A DNA stretch of 64,000 bases from positions 1-64,000 of the forward strand of contig JAYGDX010000195.1 of the NCBI GenBank assembly GCA_046582655.1, given 5' to 3'. This document shows positions 41,077 to 50,460 of this stretch, one piece after another. Numbering within the stretch: position 1 is the first letter of the stretch; every line of letters begins with the position of its first letter. Origin of the DNA: Candidatus Poribacteria bacterium. GTDB lineage: Bacteria > Poribacteria > WGA-4E > UBA9662. The notes beneath the pieces were generated by a model. The model was given only the letters and a program-made list of their open reading frames with translations. It did not search any database and was not told the DNA's origin. The position numbers and the translations under genes are program-made.

Positions 41077-41333
41077 TTTCTATCTATAGAATATACAAAA
41101 GCTAGGATCTCGGCAACAGCTCGATAAAACTCCGGGGGGATTTCCGTGCCAACCTCTAGTTTAACAAGCGCTTCTACAACCTCGGGTTGCTCGTAAACTG
41201 GCACATCATGCAGATCTGCAATCTCCAAGATCTGTTTTGCGATTTCTCCTTCTCCAGCGGCAACGATGTGCGGAGCCATACGTTCATCTGGTGCATAACG
41301 AAGTGCTACTGCCTTTTGGCGTGGGGTTCTCAT
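41055..41333 (-). CDS. Stand-alone FlhB C-terminal-like protein (EscU/YscU/HrcU family, YlqH-like)
   Basis: KAVALRY...APHIVAAGEGEIAKQI...EIPPEFYRAVAEILAFVY. Confidence 0.92.
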   Translation of the reverse strand: MRTPRQKAVALRYAPDERMAPHIVAAGEGEIAKQILEIADLHDVPVYEQPEVVEALVKLEVGTEIPPEFYRAVAEILAFVYSIDRKWEGRKI

Positions 41334-42688
41334 GCACTAACGTCAACCCGTACAAGGTCACTCTGCGAGGCTGCAGTTATCGGGATCATATCAATACCGA
41401 TTTTGCCCTTATCAACAACCTGGAGATGTATATCCTCTAGATTGTAATTCAAAGCTTTCATCCGAGAGAGCAAATTACCTTTTTCCCGCTCAATAAAAGA
41501 ATTGTATGACAAATCCTCAGTAAGAATAGCACAAATCATATCACGATGCAAGACATGTAGATTAACTTTGAGAGTTCCTAGATTTTCAGTTTCGATCACC
41601 ATCTGTAATTGAAAATTTTCGAGATCAATCTCATCTGAAGAGTCACTTCTACCTAATATCTCTGCTGTTAAATGCTTATCATCATAGTCAAGAGGGATCT
41701 GCAAATAGAACTGCCCTCCATTAATAATGTCACGATTCCTTGCAATCTCATGCGAATCGATGCTTGCGAAGACCTGTTCTATGGCTTCTATAGTCTGCGA
41801 CAAATTTCTGCGCACTGCATTACGAAGTCCATTTTCCGCCAGACTATCTTTAACCTGTAAATTTAGCCGTAACAGTAGCACTTTCAAATTACGATTTGTA
41901 TTCTTTGAAAACTCTTGTATACTCTCTGGAGAGTTCAAAAGCGCCAATAACTTTGCCTCGTATCCCAACCCAAGTTGATTCATGAACTGACTGATTTGAT
42001 CAGCAAAATCGGCATCATTAGGGTTAAGAGACACAAACTGTAAAATTTGGTTAATTAACGACGAGTTAATCCCTTTGGGTAAGTTTTTGAGTAACAAATC
42101 CAAGGAATTTTTCAGGTGCTGAAGTTCGTTGACAAAGCTTCGCCTCTGCTCAAAAACAAGTTGTAACGCACTGATTAAATGAGACTGTGGTGGCAGTTTT
42201 AATAGCCATGCTGTTGTTATCAAATTGGGGGATAAATTAGATTCGATATCGAAAGCTGACGCGTAGTTCAATAGACTTTCCAAGTTTTCTGCGTTAAGCG
42301 GTATATTATACGCCACCAAAGATTTGGCCAAAGCCTTCGCTTGGGCATCTACAGAAAAATTAAGACTTTCTAATAACTCAGCAATACTTTTAGACCTATT
42401 TGTAACGTTGGTACTATGTGACGTTAACCTTACTGTAACATGCTCATCAAGTGACAGTACCCGCCCCTGCACGCTATCCTGTGGATTCAACTCGATATTC
42501 GTTTCAACGACAAGATTCAAACCATCAAAAGCAACCAGAAACCTATTTCCAGCGACTTGCCGTAAAACTCTACCGCTGACAGAATCTCCAACTTTTAAAT
42601 TTGCTCTAAAATTTTCAAGACCCTGATCGGACGCACGAGAGCCGTACTGTTTGACAATGCCAAATTGAGGTTGTAAATTCACGTTCAT
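41330..42688 (-). CDS. FliK-like (hook-length control family) protein, YlqG-like
   Basis: C-terminal YLQIPL...IETENLGTLKVNL...VDVSA; coupled to the FlhB-CTD gene. Confidence 0.7.
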   Translation of the reverse strand: MNVNLQPQFGIVKQYGSRASDQGLENFRANLKVGDSVSGRVLRQVAGNRFLVAFDGLNLVVETNIELNPQDSVQGRVLSLDEHVTVRLTSHSTNVTNRSKSIAELLESLNFSVDAQAKALAKSLVAYNIPLNAENLESLLNYASAFDIESNLSPNLITTAWLLKLPPQSHLISALQLVFEQRRSFVNELQHLKNSLDLLLKNLPKGINSSLINQILQFVSLNPNDADFADQISQFMNQLGLGYEAKLLALLNSPESIQEFSKNTNRNLKVLLLRLNLQVKDSLAENGLRNAVRRNLSQTIEAIEQVFASIDSHEIARNRDIINGGQFYLQIPLDYDDKHLTAEILGRSDSSDEIDLENFQLQMVIETENLGTLKVNLHVLHRDMICAILTEDLSYNSFIEREKGNLLSRMKALNYNLEDIHLQVVDKGKIGIDMIPITAASQSDLVRVDVSA

Positions 42689-43203
42689 AAATCTTTTCTA
42701 GCCAAACGCTCAATCTCCATCCCAAGCCCTTCAGGCGTTAAATTCACATTTTTATTGATGATCTGACGAACCTGATCGTTAGAACGATTGAAATCCCCAA
42801 TACAATAATATGTTTGAGCAAGAATTAAGTGAATCGTTTTCTTATTAAGATGCGGATTGAACGATGAAACATAATCTTGTGATGCATTTATGAAAGCTCT
42901 GTTTGCTGCATCAAGCGCCTTGGTAAACTGATCACGTGCTAGATAAATCCCAGCTAAAGCAATATTCGCATCGATATTTGAGGGCTCTGCGGACAAGACA
43001 TTGCTCATTAAATCAAACGCTTCACCCAGATCCCCCTCCTCGATTAGCAACCCGGCTTTCTTAATGCTGTCGGCTTGATCTACAAGTTCCTCAGTGACAG
43101 TCAAAGTGTTATCAAAGTCTCTATCACTACAGCTAAAGATACAGATAGAAACCGCAATAGCAAGAATTCTAAGAAATAGCGTTTGAATATAATTGTTTTT
43201 CAT
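42685..43203 (-). CDS. TPR lipoprotein
   Basis: Start reassigned to ATG 43203; IFSC lipobox; TPR-like helices. Confidence 0.7.
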   Translation of the reverse strand: MKNNYIQTLFLRILAIAVSICIFSCSDRDFDNTLTVTEELVDQADSIKKAGLLIEEGDLGEAFDLMSNVLSAEPSNIDANIALAGIYLARDQFTKALDAANRAFINASQDYVSSFNPHLNKKTIHLILAQTYYCIGDFNRSNDQVRQIINKNVNLTPEGLGMEIERLARKDL

Positions 43204-43204
43204 T

Positions 43205-45013
43205 CTAAAACTCAAAAACATTGGTGGAAGGAGGAATATTCTGATTTCTTGTATCCTTGCCAACAATACTAACAATAAGTTTCTGGCCTTTACTTGGTGG
43301 CGTGCTCAAAGAGTAACGACAAAACCAAACTCCTCTTGAGGAACCAATCTTCTTTAAATTAATGGTTTGAGGAAGAACATCAGGTACTTCTGGAATAACA
43401 AAAGCGGCTGTCATCTCAGAAACATCAGACATAATTGCAATAACTTTAAATTCATTTTTCGCAATAGGATTTCGAATTAACATAATCGGAAAAGTCCTGG
43501 TTTTCTCTTCAGGTAGATCGAAGACTGTTACATTGATTGAAGACTCGTCGATCTTCTTCCCTTCAAAAACGGCACGAATGACTATCTTTTCAGCCGATCC
43601 AACCCAATCTCGCTGTGGGCGAAGAATAACAACAAGATTTTTAACTAATACATCAACATGCTCAGATGGCGAGACGTCCCACACAATCTCATTGATTGCT
43701 GCTTTCGGTTCGATATCAGTATATCTCTCAAGTTCTAGTTTATGCTCCTCATTTCTTAATAAAGTCAACTCACTTGGCATCACTAGATCAATCCTAACAA
43801 AAGGAAGAGGCTCGACAACAATACGCATTATCGCTGTATCATAATTTTCGTCGGGATCCGCCACTTTCAATTTTATGTCAAAATGTTGTTCAGAATCTAT
43901 CGGATTGTTGGTGCGAAATGCCAGTCGGGGAGGATTATCCACAATCCCCTTCGATCTATCAACTTTGTCTAAGCTGACGCCAGAAACTTTTAGCTCTACT
44001 GGTAATTGTCCAACCTCCCATTTCAACTCGGCATTCTTATTGTCCTCATCCTGAACATAATTATCCAGCAATATAATTCCTTCTGCCCCCACGCGAAACC
44101 TTAGTTCAGGAAGTGCTTTGATAATCGGAACATCCTGATTTACCACATATATCACGGTTGAATCAACTGCAAGCGATTCGCCTATTTTTAAGGAAAGCCT
44201 TAATGTAACCTTGATCTCATCTTCTCGTGTCTTCGGCAATACTGGACGAATGATAAGCTGGTTGGCCGCATTTTTATCGATCTCAATAGGCCGGCCAAAT
44301 TTATCTTCTGCATTAACTGCCCAATTTAACAGTGGTTTACCTTCACTTCCTGAAACAATTGCGAAATCGTCTAGATTAATGTTATCTCCCGGATTATCAT
44401 AGACAAATCTTTGCAAGCCAAATTTGTCTATTTGAAGCAATGTACTCTTGACCTGAATTTTTGCTCCAACCACATCTTTAAAGGACTTTGGTTCTGCCCG
44501 CCCCTCATTAAATTGTGTGAAAAACGTGTATTTGCCTCGATCCCAGTCTTCTTGATCAACATTAAACTTAATCTCTACTGTTCCTTCACCAATCGCAACA
44601 AAATGTATTGTTGCAATGACACCTTCGCCCTTAGGATACGGTAGTGCGTTTGAAACGATGGCAAAGCCAACCTCGCGATTGTTAATTAACTTATTTAAAG
44701 CCACATTGCCAGTATAGAAATTTCCTTGATCGAAGGGTCTCACAGGATCCTTTATTCGCAATTTATCAGGTTTAAACGATAGATATATTTCTGCAGCTGA
44801 GCTTGGCGTTTGACCAACATCTGCAAAGACATCAAGTGTGATTATATCTCCTTGCTGGACAACAATCTCATTCCTTTGCGTTGCCTTACTCCTTAACTCT
44901 ATCTTTGCCGCATGCACAGCAAAACCAAAAGACATAATGAGGACCAAACAAATCCCTAATGACCATCTTATCCATTTAAACTGAGAATATAAATAACGCA
45001 AGTGTATTTTCAT
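43205..45013 (-). CDS. Exported cohesin-like plus cadherin/Ig-like repeat protein
   Basis: Signal peptide; cohesin-like GDIITLDV...IYLSFKPDKL...GEGVIATIHFVA; repeats INLDDF/LLDNYVQDEDN..LKW and LELERYTD..IVW. Confidence 0.7.
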   Translation of the reverse strand: MKIHLRYLYSQFKWIRWSLGICLVLIMSFGFAVHAAKIELRSKATQRNEIVVQQGDIITLDVFADVGQTPSSAAEIYLSFKPDKLRIKDPVRPFDQGNFYTGNVALNKLINNREVGFAIVSNALPYPKGEGVIATIHFVAIGEGTVEIKFNVDQEDWDRGKYTFFTQFNEGRAEPKSFKDVVGAKIQVKSTLLQIDKFGLQRFVYDNPGDNINLDDFAIVSGSEGKPLLNWAVNAEDKFGRPIEIDKNAANQLIIRPVLPKTREDEIKVTLRLSLKIGESLAVDSTVIYVVNQDVPIIKALPELRFRVGAEGIILLDNYVQDEDNKNAELKWEVGQLPVELKVSGVSLDKVDRSKGIVDNPPRLAFRTNNPIDSEQHFDIKLKVADPDENYDTAIMRIVVEPLPFVRIDLVMPSELTLLRNEEHKLELERYTDIEPKAAINEIVWDVSPSEHVDVLVKNLVVILRPQRDWVGSAEKIVIRAVFEGKKIDESSINVTVFDLPEEKTRTFPIMLIRNPIAKNEFKVIAIMSDVSEMTAAFVIPEVPDVLPQTINLKKIGSSRGVWFCRYSLSTPPSKGQKLIVSIVGKDTRNQNIPPSTNVFEF

Positions 45014-46155
45014 TTTGAAGCGAGGATATTTCTGACTGCCAAAACTCTTTTGACATAGCTGCGAGTTTCGGTCGGAAGTGTTTTACTTCGACGAACCCGA
45101 GTCGGTCCCGCATTATAAGCAGCTAATGCCATTGATTCATCTTTAAAAGTTTTTAACTGTTGGCTTAGATACTTTGCACCACCGAGCAAATTTTGTTGTG
45201 GATTAAAGACATTTATAACACCCATTTCGCGAGCAGTTGGAATTCTAAGTTGAGTTAACCCTATAGCCCGCTTAGGCGAAACGGCTTTATAGTTTCCGGC
45301 TGATTCAATATAAACCAATGCTTTCAACAAATTAGGGTCAACGCCATTGCGAGATGCTGCGTGTGTGATCAACCTATCATAACGACGCAAGCGAAGTAAG
45401 ATGGTCGAATCAAGTTCCGCAATTAACGGACTTGCTTGCTCCGAGTCTGCCCATTGATTTAGTGTTGGGACAACAGATAGCGATTTGTCTAATTCATTTT
45501 CCTTTGGAATTGCTGTTAAGGTTTGATTTAAATCAGAATCAGTTTCTTTGATAGCATCCGCTGCTCCACCATCAATAGAAGTAACCGCAACATCCTGAAT
45601 TCTAGGAGTAATCAAGTGGGATACACGAGCAGCTTTGCCAGTTCCCCCAACTTTAGCAAGACGATTTTTGGCTTGTCTCGAAGCCAAGCCAGCCCCGGCA
45701 AATGAATTATTTAGCGAATTTGCATTGACATCTATAGCAGGAAAAGAAGGTGCTCGACTGGAGTTGCCATTTACTCGGGATACCTGAGCGCTCACCGTTG
45801 CCGTCGCAGACGACGCAACAGATTTCGTCGCCTGCGAATTGCTACTCACTAAAGCCCTACGGAACTTCGCCGGATCAAGATCTACCAGTGACTTTCCATA
45901 TAAAGAAGCATCCACACGGACACTCCAACTTTCCAAGACACGGAATCCTTTTACCAACGCGCTACCACCGTTATAAACAATATACGTCGATGGATCCGAA
46001 GTTGTATATTCGATCCTTGTATTACCACGGTAATCCATTAGCATCAGTTTATAAACATGCTTAACGTTGGCATTTGCAAAGACCGAAAAATACAGAAGAA
46101 AGGTAAGGCTGGCTAAAGAGAGAGCGAAAGCATTTCTTTTGAGACGAAGAATCAT
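45010..46155 (-). CDS. Exported lytic transglycosylase (SLT domain)
   Basis: Signal peptide; IESAGN (catalytic Glu), AIGLTQL, AAYNAGP, ETRSYV. Confidence 0.9.
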   Translation of the reverse strand: MILRLKRNAFALSLASLTFLLYFSVFANANVKHVYKLMLMDYRGNTRIEYTTSDPSTYIVYNGGSALVKGFRVLESWSVRVDASLYGKSLVDLDPAKFRRALVSSNSQATKSVASSATATVSAQVSRVNGNSSRAPSFPAIDVNANSLNNSFAGAGLASRQAKNRLAKVGGTGKAARVSHLITPRIQDVAVTSIDGGAADAIKETDSDLNQTLTAIPKENELDKSLSVVPTLNQWADSEQASPLIAELDSTILLRLRRYDRLITHAASRNGVDPNLLKALVYIESAGNYKAVSPKRAIGLTQLRIPTAREMGVINVFNPQQNLLGGAKYLSQQLKTFKDESMALAAYNAGPTRVRRSKTLPTETRSYVKRVLAVRNILASK

Positions 46156-46161
46156 GGAATC

Positions 46162-49100
46162 CTATTTCAGAATAACCATTTTCTTGATAGCATCATAATG
46201 GTTAGTAACCAACTCGTAGAAGTAAACACCACTTGCGACCTTCTCCCCAAAATCGTTTTGGCCATCCCAATAAATCGCATGATTTTTGCGGGTGTAATCA
46301 CCAACCGGTTGAATACCTATATCTATGCGGCGAATTTGCTGACCAGTTGCATCATAAACCATAATCGTGACAGGAGATGGCTGGCTGAGGCGGTAAGGAA
46401 TCCAAGTCTCAGGATTAAACGGGTTAGGATAATTTTGAATCAATTCTGTCTGAGAAGGCACTTTCAGAGGTTCAATAGACCTGTTCCAAACATCCGGCAA
46501 CTTCACTAGATTCTGGTCATCACCAACAATAGTCAATTCCTTAAACCGAAGTTCCGATATGTTATCCGTACGTGCAATAAAGCGAAACTTCGCTAACGAC
46601 CCTGACCCCACGATACTATCTTCGTTGCCAGCAATCATATTGGCAACAATAATCTTCCTAGTACCGTAATTTGTCTCATAGTCACGGCTAATAAAGAAAG
46701 GCTGAGAACGATCAGCATTTTCTTGGAAGAGCTCACCTTCTTGAACCGAGTCTTCAATCAATTTCAGAGATTGCGGGTCGTATTCAACTTCAAACGCATA
46801 TCCTCTGACTCTGTTGAAGTCTGCAACGAAACTCACATTGATTACCTCATTCATCTGCACGACTTCAGGTGTAATTGGCATACTCAGGCGAATGACATCG
46901 CTGATGATACTCGGTGCAGCCGCAGGAGGCGGGCCACTAGACACTGTTGGAGGAACTCCCAGTTTACCAAAGTTGCGAGCCAGAATCGAAAAATCGCTAA
47001 GATTCACTTTTCCATCATTGTTGATGTCCGCATCCTTATTGAAAATATCACTGCCCTCAACAGTCCCAAAAACGGTCATCAAAGTACTCAAGTCAGCAAT
47101 ATTTATGCGGTTATCATTATCAACATCACCACCAGTTAATCGCTGGGATTTTCCTCCCTGCGAGTAAATATTAATATCCTGCAATTTGTCACCGGGGACC
47201 ACACGAAGCACATAAGAATTTGTCCCCCTAGTTTTAGACATATACTGACCGCGAATATATGATGGGGCTTTGGCAACTAATTCCCACGTACCTGTTGGGA
47301 TGCCATTAATGGTATAAGTTCCGTCAGGTTTTGGCGTTATTTGAATCCCCTCTAAGGCGGGATCCTCATCATTAGTGATACTGGTGATAACTTCCTGATC
47401 AACACTGACCGCAGCCTCTTTATTAGCATTCGGTTTCGGTGCGGGAACGGCACTTAATCCGATTGGTATATCCTTCATTTGACCAGGCCGTCGAAGAGCG
47501 AAGGTAATCAGTGATGAATGATCCTGACGACCTTCAAGCAAAATTTTTCCCGTGATGCTTGCATAAGGAACGACTTGAACGCGGAGAGCGGGGTTAACTG
47601 CAATAGGAGATATATCTTCAACATCAGCACTTTCGTTAACCGCGACAACTGATGTACTGCGATTGTTCGTAGCTTCATCAAAATCGAACGAAATCGTGGT
47701 ATTAATCGGGCGCGTGCCAACATCCTTTTTAACTTTAAAACCGATTTTAGCTAGTGTCCGATACTCATTCAATTTAACTATCGAGTTTGCATTCTTGACA
47801 ACAACGCTATAATCCAATTGGTAACCACTGATTCCATTGGCCATGCTATCTTCAACAGTATCCCCATGGTTATCATTTTCTAAGATCTCCTGCTGATTTG
47901 CTTCGGCGTCATCGAAATCAAACACTAATGTCTTCTTGTAATCCTCAAGTTGCTGGCCTGTCGGATTCTCAATCCCCTGTATTCGCAATTCGTCAGATGA
48001 AGAAAGCTGACGAAAAGGTTGCTCGGCATTTCCCACTTGAAGGAAACGGTCATCAAAAGTAAGGTATATACTGGCACCTGAAATCGCAATAGCCGAACTA
48101 CGAAGTTGCACAGCAACATCAAACTCTTCTCCTGGGCCAGCTACAAGAGCATTAGGCCGCAAACGGATTTGAACTTTACGGATAGTCAATGTTCCTGAAC
48201 TAATATCATATCCCTCATTACCACTACTATCAGCAATCCTTGCATAGATATAGTAGGAACCATTGAGATTAACCCCGTTCTCTGATTCAAAAGATTGGAT
48301 ATCCCAAGAATAACTATCCTGTCCAATATTGGTTGGAGTGGCAGACACACCTTCAGCAATCGTACCAGATAGGCTTGTGCTTTGGTTGCCGATCGAATCA
48401 ATTAGTATATCTATAGCTGTTTCTGTGTGCCTCTGATGGTAGTACAAGCTAACTGAAACGCCATTATTATCTAGGTCCTCGCTGAGCCACGATAAGGTGA
48501 ATTCGGTAATGGCTTTAGACCCTTCACGAATTGGTGAAATAAGTTTGATAAGGGGAGGATAAGTAATAATAACTTTCCCATCACTTCGCACCGCTTTTTG
48601 TTTTATTTGCTTCTCTGTTTTTGAGCCAGAATCTCTGTCACTAATAATTGCGTAGATGTAGACCCCATCTTTACTCTCTGGCACGCGTGCGGTGGTAAAA
48701 TCCCACTTATACTGTCCTAGTGTCCCATCATCATCTTCAGATAGATCGACAACAATAAGCTCCGCATTTTCACTCAGTGAAACAACGTCGGCAGTTGACA
48801 AATCCAGAGGACTGTAAAACAGATTGATTCTGGCATTACCTCGATTTTTTTTATCATTCCACTGAATTACAAAAGAGCCATCAGTAACAGCAGTATCATC
48901 CTTTGGAGAGAGGTTCGAGATATCTACGTCATGCCGAACCTCAATTTTACCAAAGCTACGTGCAAGATCTGAGGAGATCGCTGTAAAGTCCTCAATAATG
49001 CCGTAAATTGTATAGGTTCCTTCAGGAATTTCATGAGTGTCCCAAACAATTGAGGTTACTTCACTTCCAACTGTTAGACTAACGGCATCCGGTTCATCAG

Positions 49101-50391
49101 CACCAGCTGAAGCCAGCACAATAACACCAGCACTAGTACCTATACTAATGCTGGCTCTCAGTTGATCGACATCCTTGGGACCATAGTTAGATTTTTCGGC
49201 ATAATACAACATGATCTTTGCTTCAGGATTTGGACCAACTGCACTAAAATCGATAATACCCTGATCATCAAAGCGAGTCGGCGGCAATCTATCTGGAACC
49301 AGTATCTTTATCACAGGTTGCTCTGGCATCTGGGTGATAATTGGCCCAGTTGAACTAAAATTCTTGCTTGGCCCCGCAGAACCGGATACGCTGAACCCAA
49401 AACCAGTTTTTGCTTCGATAATTATCCCTAATTTATCGTTTTCCCTGGCAACATCCTCAGGCTCAACCTTTGCCACTAGTATAAAGTTGTTTGTTACTGG
49501 CTCAATTGAATCAAGCGTCCCTTTAATTTCCTCATCTAGATCAAAAACCATGGTAACGACATCCGTCTGAACTTCACCGATGGCACTATCACTTTCATTG
49601 AACATTTTAAATGGTTCAGCATCCCGATAAAGACTTAAAGCTGCTACTGATTCACGAACAAAAGGTGGTTCAAATCGCAGGGAAAGAGACCTAAGGTTCT
49701 GCGTAACATCTGATTTTATTTCAATCGCGGCAAGTTCAATCGATCTTCCGAAAGATACCGGGACATTTTCTTTGAGGGCAGTTACCGTAATCGACTCAAT
49801 TCCCCTGACTGTTGAACCTTCTACTACTCTTTGATCTGCGGGTGGTGCAACAGCCGCAGCCTGCAAAAAGAAAAAAGCGTTCTTACCAAAATTCAAAACT
49901 ATTTGATCGCCACGCTTAGTTTGCTCCGACTGTACAACAACAACCAGCAGGAAATTAGTAACCGTCTGTTCGTCAAGCGTACCAATCGGATATCCTAAAC
50001 CTCGTTTCTGCAAATTCAACAGTGCTCTACCGTTCTCATCCAATTTTCCGTCGGTAACAAATTCTCCCGCGTTCCTATCAGATACCCCATCACTGTTAAC
50101 GTCTTCATAAAGCTCAATCCTGTCAACAGCATTAGCACTAATTCCTTTGCTACCTTTATTATCTGGACTCTGATTCGAAACTCTTAGAAAAAACCATTGA
50201 TCCTGATTTCCGTCATCAGTGATAGCAATCTTTGAAACAACAGCCTCTAAATCACCAGGATCCACGATATAATCGCTTGTTACAGGTTCTATTTTAATAT
50301 TGGTAACAAGCCCCCAAGAAAGGCCTGTAATAAGAACCAAACTAGAAATACAGGTAACCGCAAGTAGGAACTCTTGGGTTGTTTTCTTCAT
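46162..50391 (-). CDS. Large surface protein: Ig-like repeats, cohesin, dockerin, cohesin, FlgD-Ig/T9SS-A-like C-terminal sorting domain
   Basis: Dockerin GDVDNDNRINIADL...ADINNDGKVNLSDF; two cohesin-like segments; C-terminal QNYPNPFNPETWIPY...WDGQNDFGEKVASGVYFY...KKMVILK. Confidence 0.85.
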   Translation of the reverse strand: MKKTTQEFLLAVTCISSLVLITGLSWGLVTNIKIEPVTSDYIVDPGDLEAVVSKIAITDDGNQDQWFFLRVSNQSPDNKGSKGISANAVDRIELYEDVNSDGVSDRNAGEFVTDGKLDENGRALLNLQKRGLGYPIGTLDEQTVTNFLLVVVVQSEQTKRGDQIVLNFGKNAFFFLQAAAVAPPADQRVVEGSTVRGIESITVTALKENVPVSFGRSIELAAIEIKSDVTQNLRSLSLRFEPPFVRESVAALSLYRDAEPFKMFNESDSAIGEVQTDVVTMVFDLDEEIKGTLDSIEPVTNNFILVAKVEPEDVARENDKLGIIIEAKTGFGFSVSGSAGPSKNFSSTGPIITQMPEQPVIKILVPDRLPPTRFDDQGIIDFSAVGPNPEAKIMLYYAEKSNYGPKDVDQLRASISIGTSAGVIVLASAGADEPDAVSLTVGSEVTSIVWDTHEIPEGTYTIYGIIEDFTAISSDLARSFGKIEVRHDVDISNLSPKDDTAVTDGSFVIQWNDKKNRGNARINLFYSPLDLSTADVVSLSENAELIVVDLSEDDDGTLGQYKWDFTTARVPESKDGVYIYAIISDRDSGSKTEKQIKQKAVRSDGKVIITYPPLIKLISPIREGSKAITEFTLSWLSEDLDNNGVSVSLYYHQRHTETAIDILIDSIGNQSTSLSGTIAEGVSATPTNIGQDSYSWDIQSFESENGVNLNGSYYIYARIADSSGNEGYDISSGTLTIRKVQIRLRPNALVAGPGEEFDVAVQLRSSAIAISGASIYLTFDDRFLQVGNAEQPFRQLSSSDELRIQGIENPTGQQLEDYKKTLVFDFDDAEANQQEILENDNHGDTVEDSMANGISGYQLDYSVVVKNANSIVKLNEYRTLAKIGFKVKKDVGTRPINTTISFDFDEATNNRSTSVVAVNESADVEDISPIAVNPALRVQVVPYASITGKILLEGRQDHSSLITFALRRPGQMKDIPIGLSAVPAPKPNANKEAAVSVDQEVITSITNDEDPALEGIQITPKPDGTYTINGIPTGTWELVAKAPSYIRGQYMSKTRGTNSYVLRVVPGDKLQDINIYSQGGKSQRLTGGDVDNDNRINIADLSTLMTVFGTVEGSDIFNKDADINNDGKVNLSDFSILARNFGKLGVPPTVSSGPPPAAAPSIISDVIRLSMPITPEVVQMNEVINVSFVADFNRVRGYAFEVEYDPQSLKLIEDSVQEGELFQENADRSQPFFISRDYETNYGTRKIIVANMIAGNEDSIVGSGSLAKFRFIARTDNISELRFKELTIVGDDQNLVKLPDVWNRSIEPLKVPSQTELIQNYPNPFNPETWIPYRLSQPSPVTIMVYDATGQQIRRIDIGIQPVGDYTRKNHAIYWDGQNDFGEKVASGVYFYELVTNHYDAIKKMVILK

Positions 50392-50460
50392 ATTCCCTTC
50401 CTAAAAAATACATTATAAAATAAATTCAATCACTACTGATCCAACATGAAGCAAGCTTGT

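Noticed and set aside
43205..50391. Cellulosome
   Set aside because: No glycoside hydrolase or CBM recognised; cohesin/dockerin modules alone do not make a cellulosome
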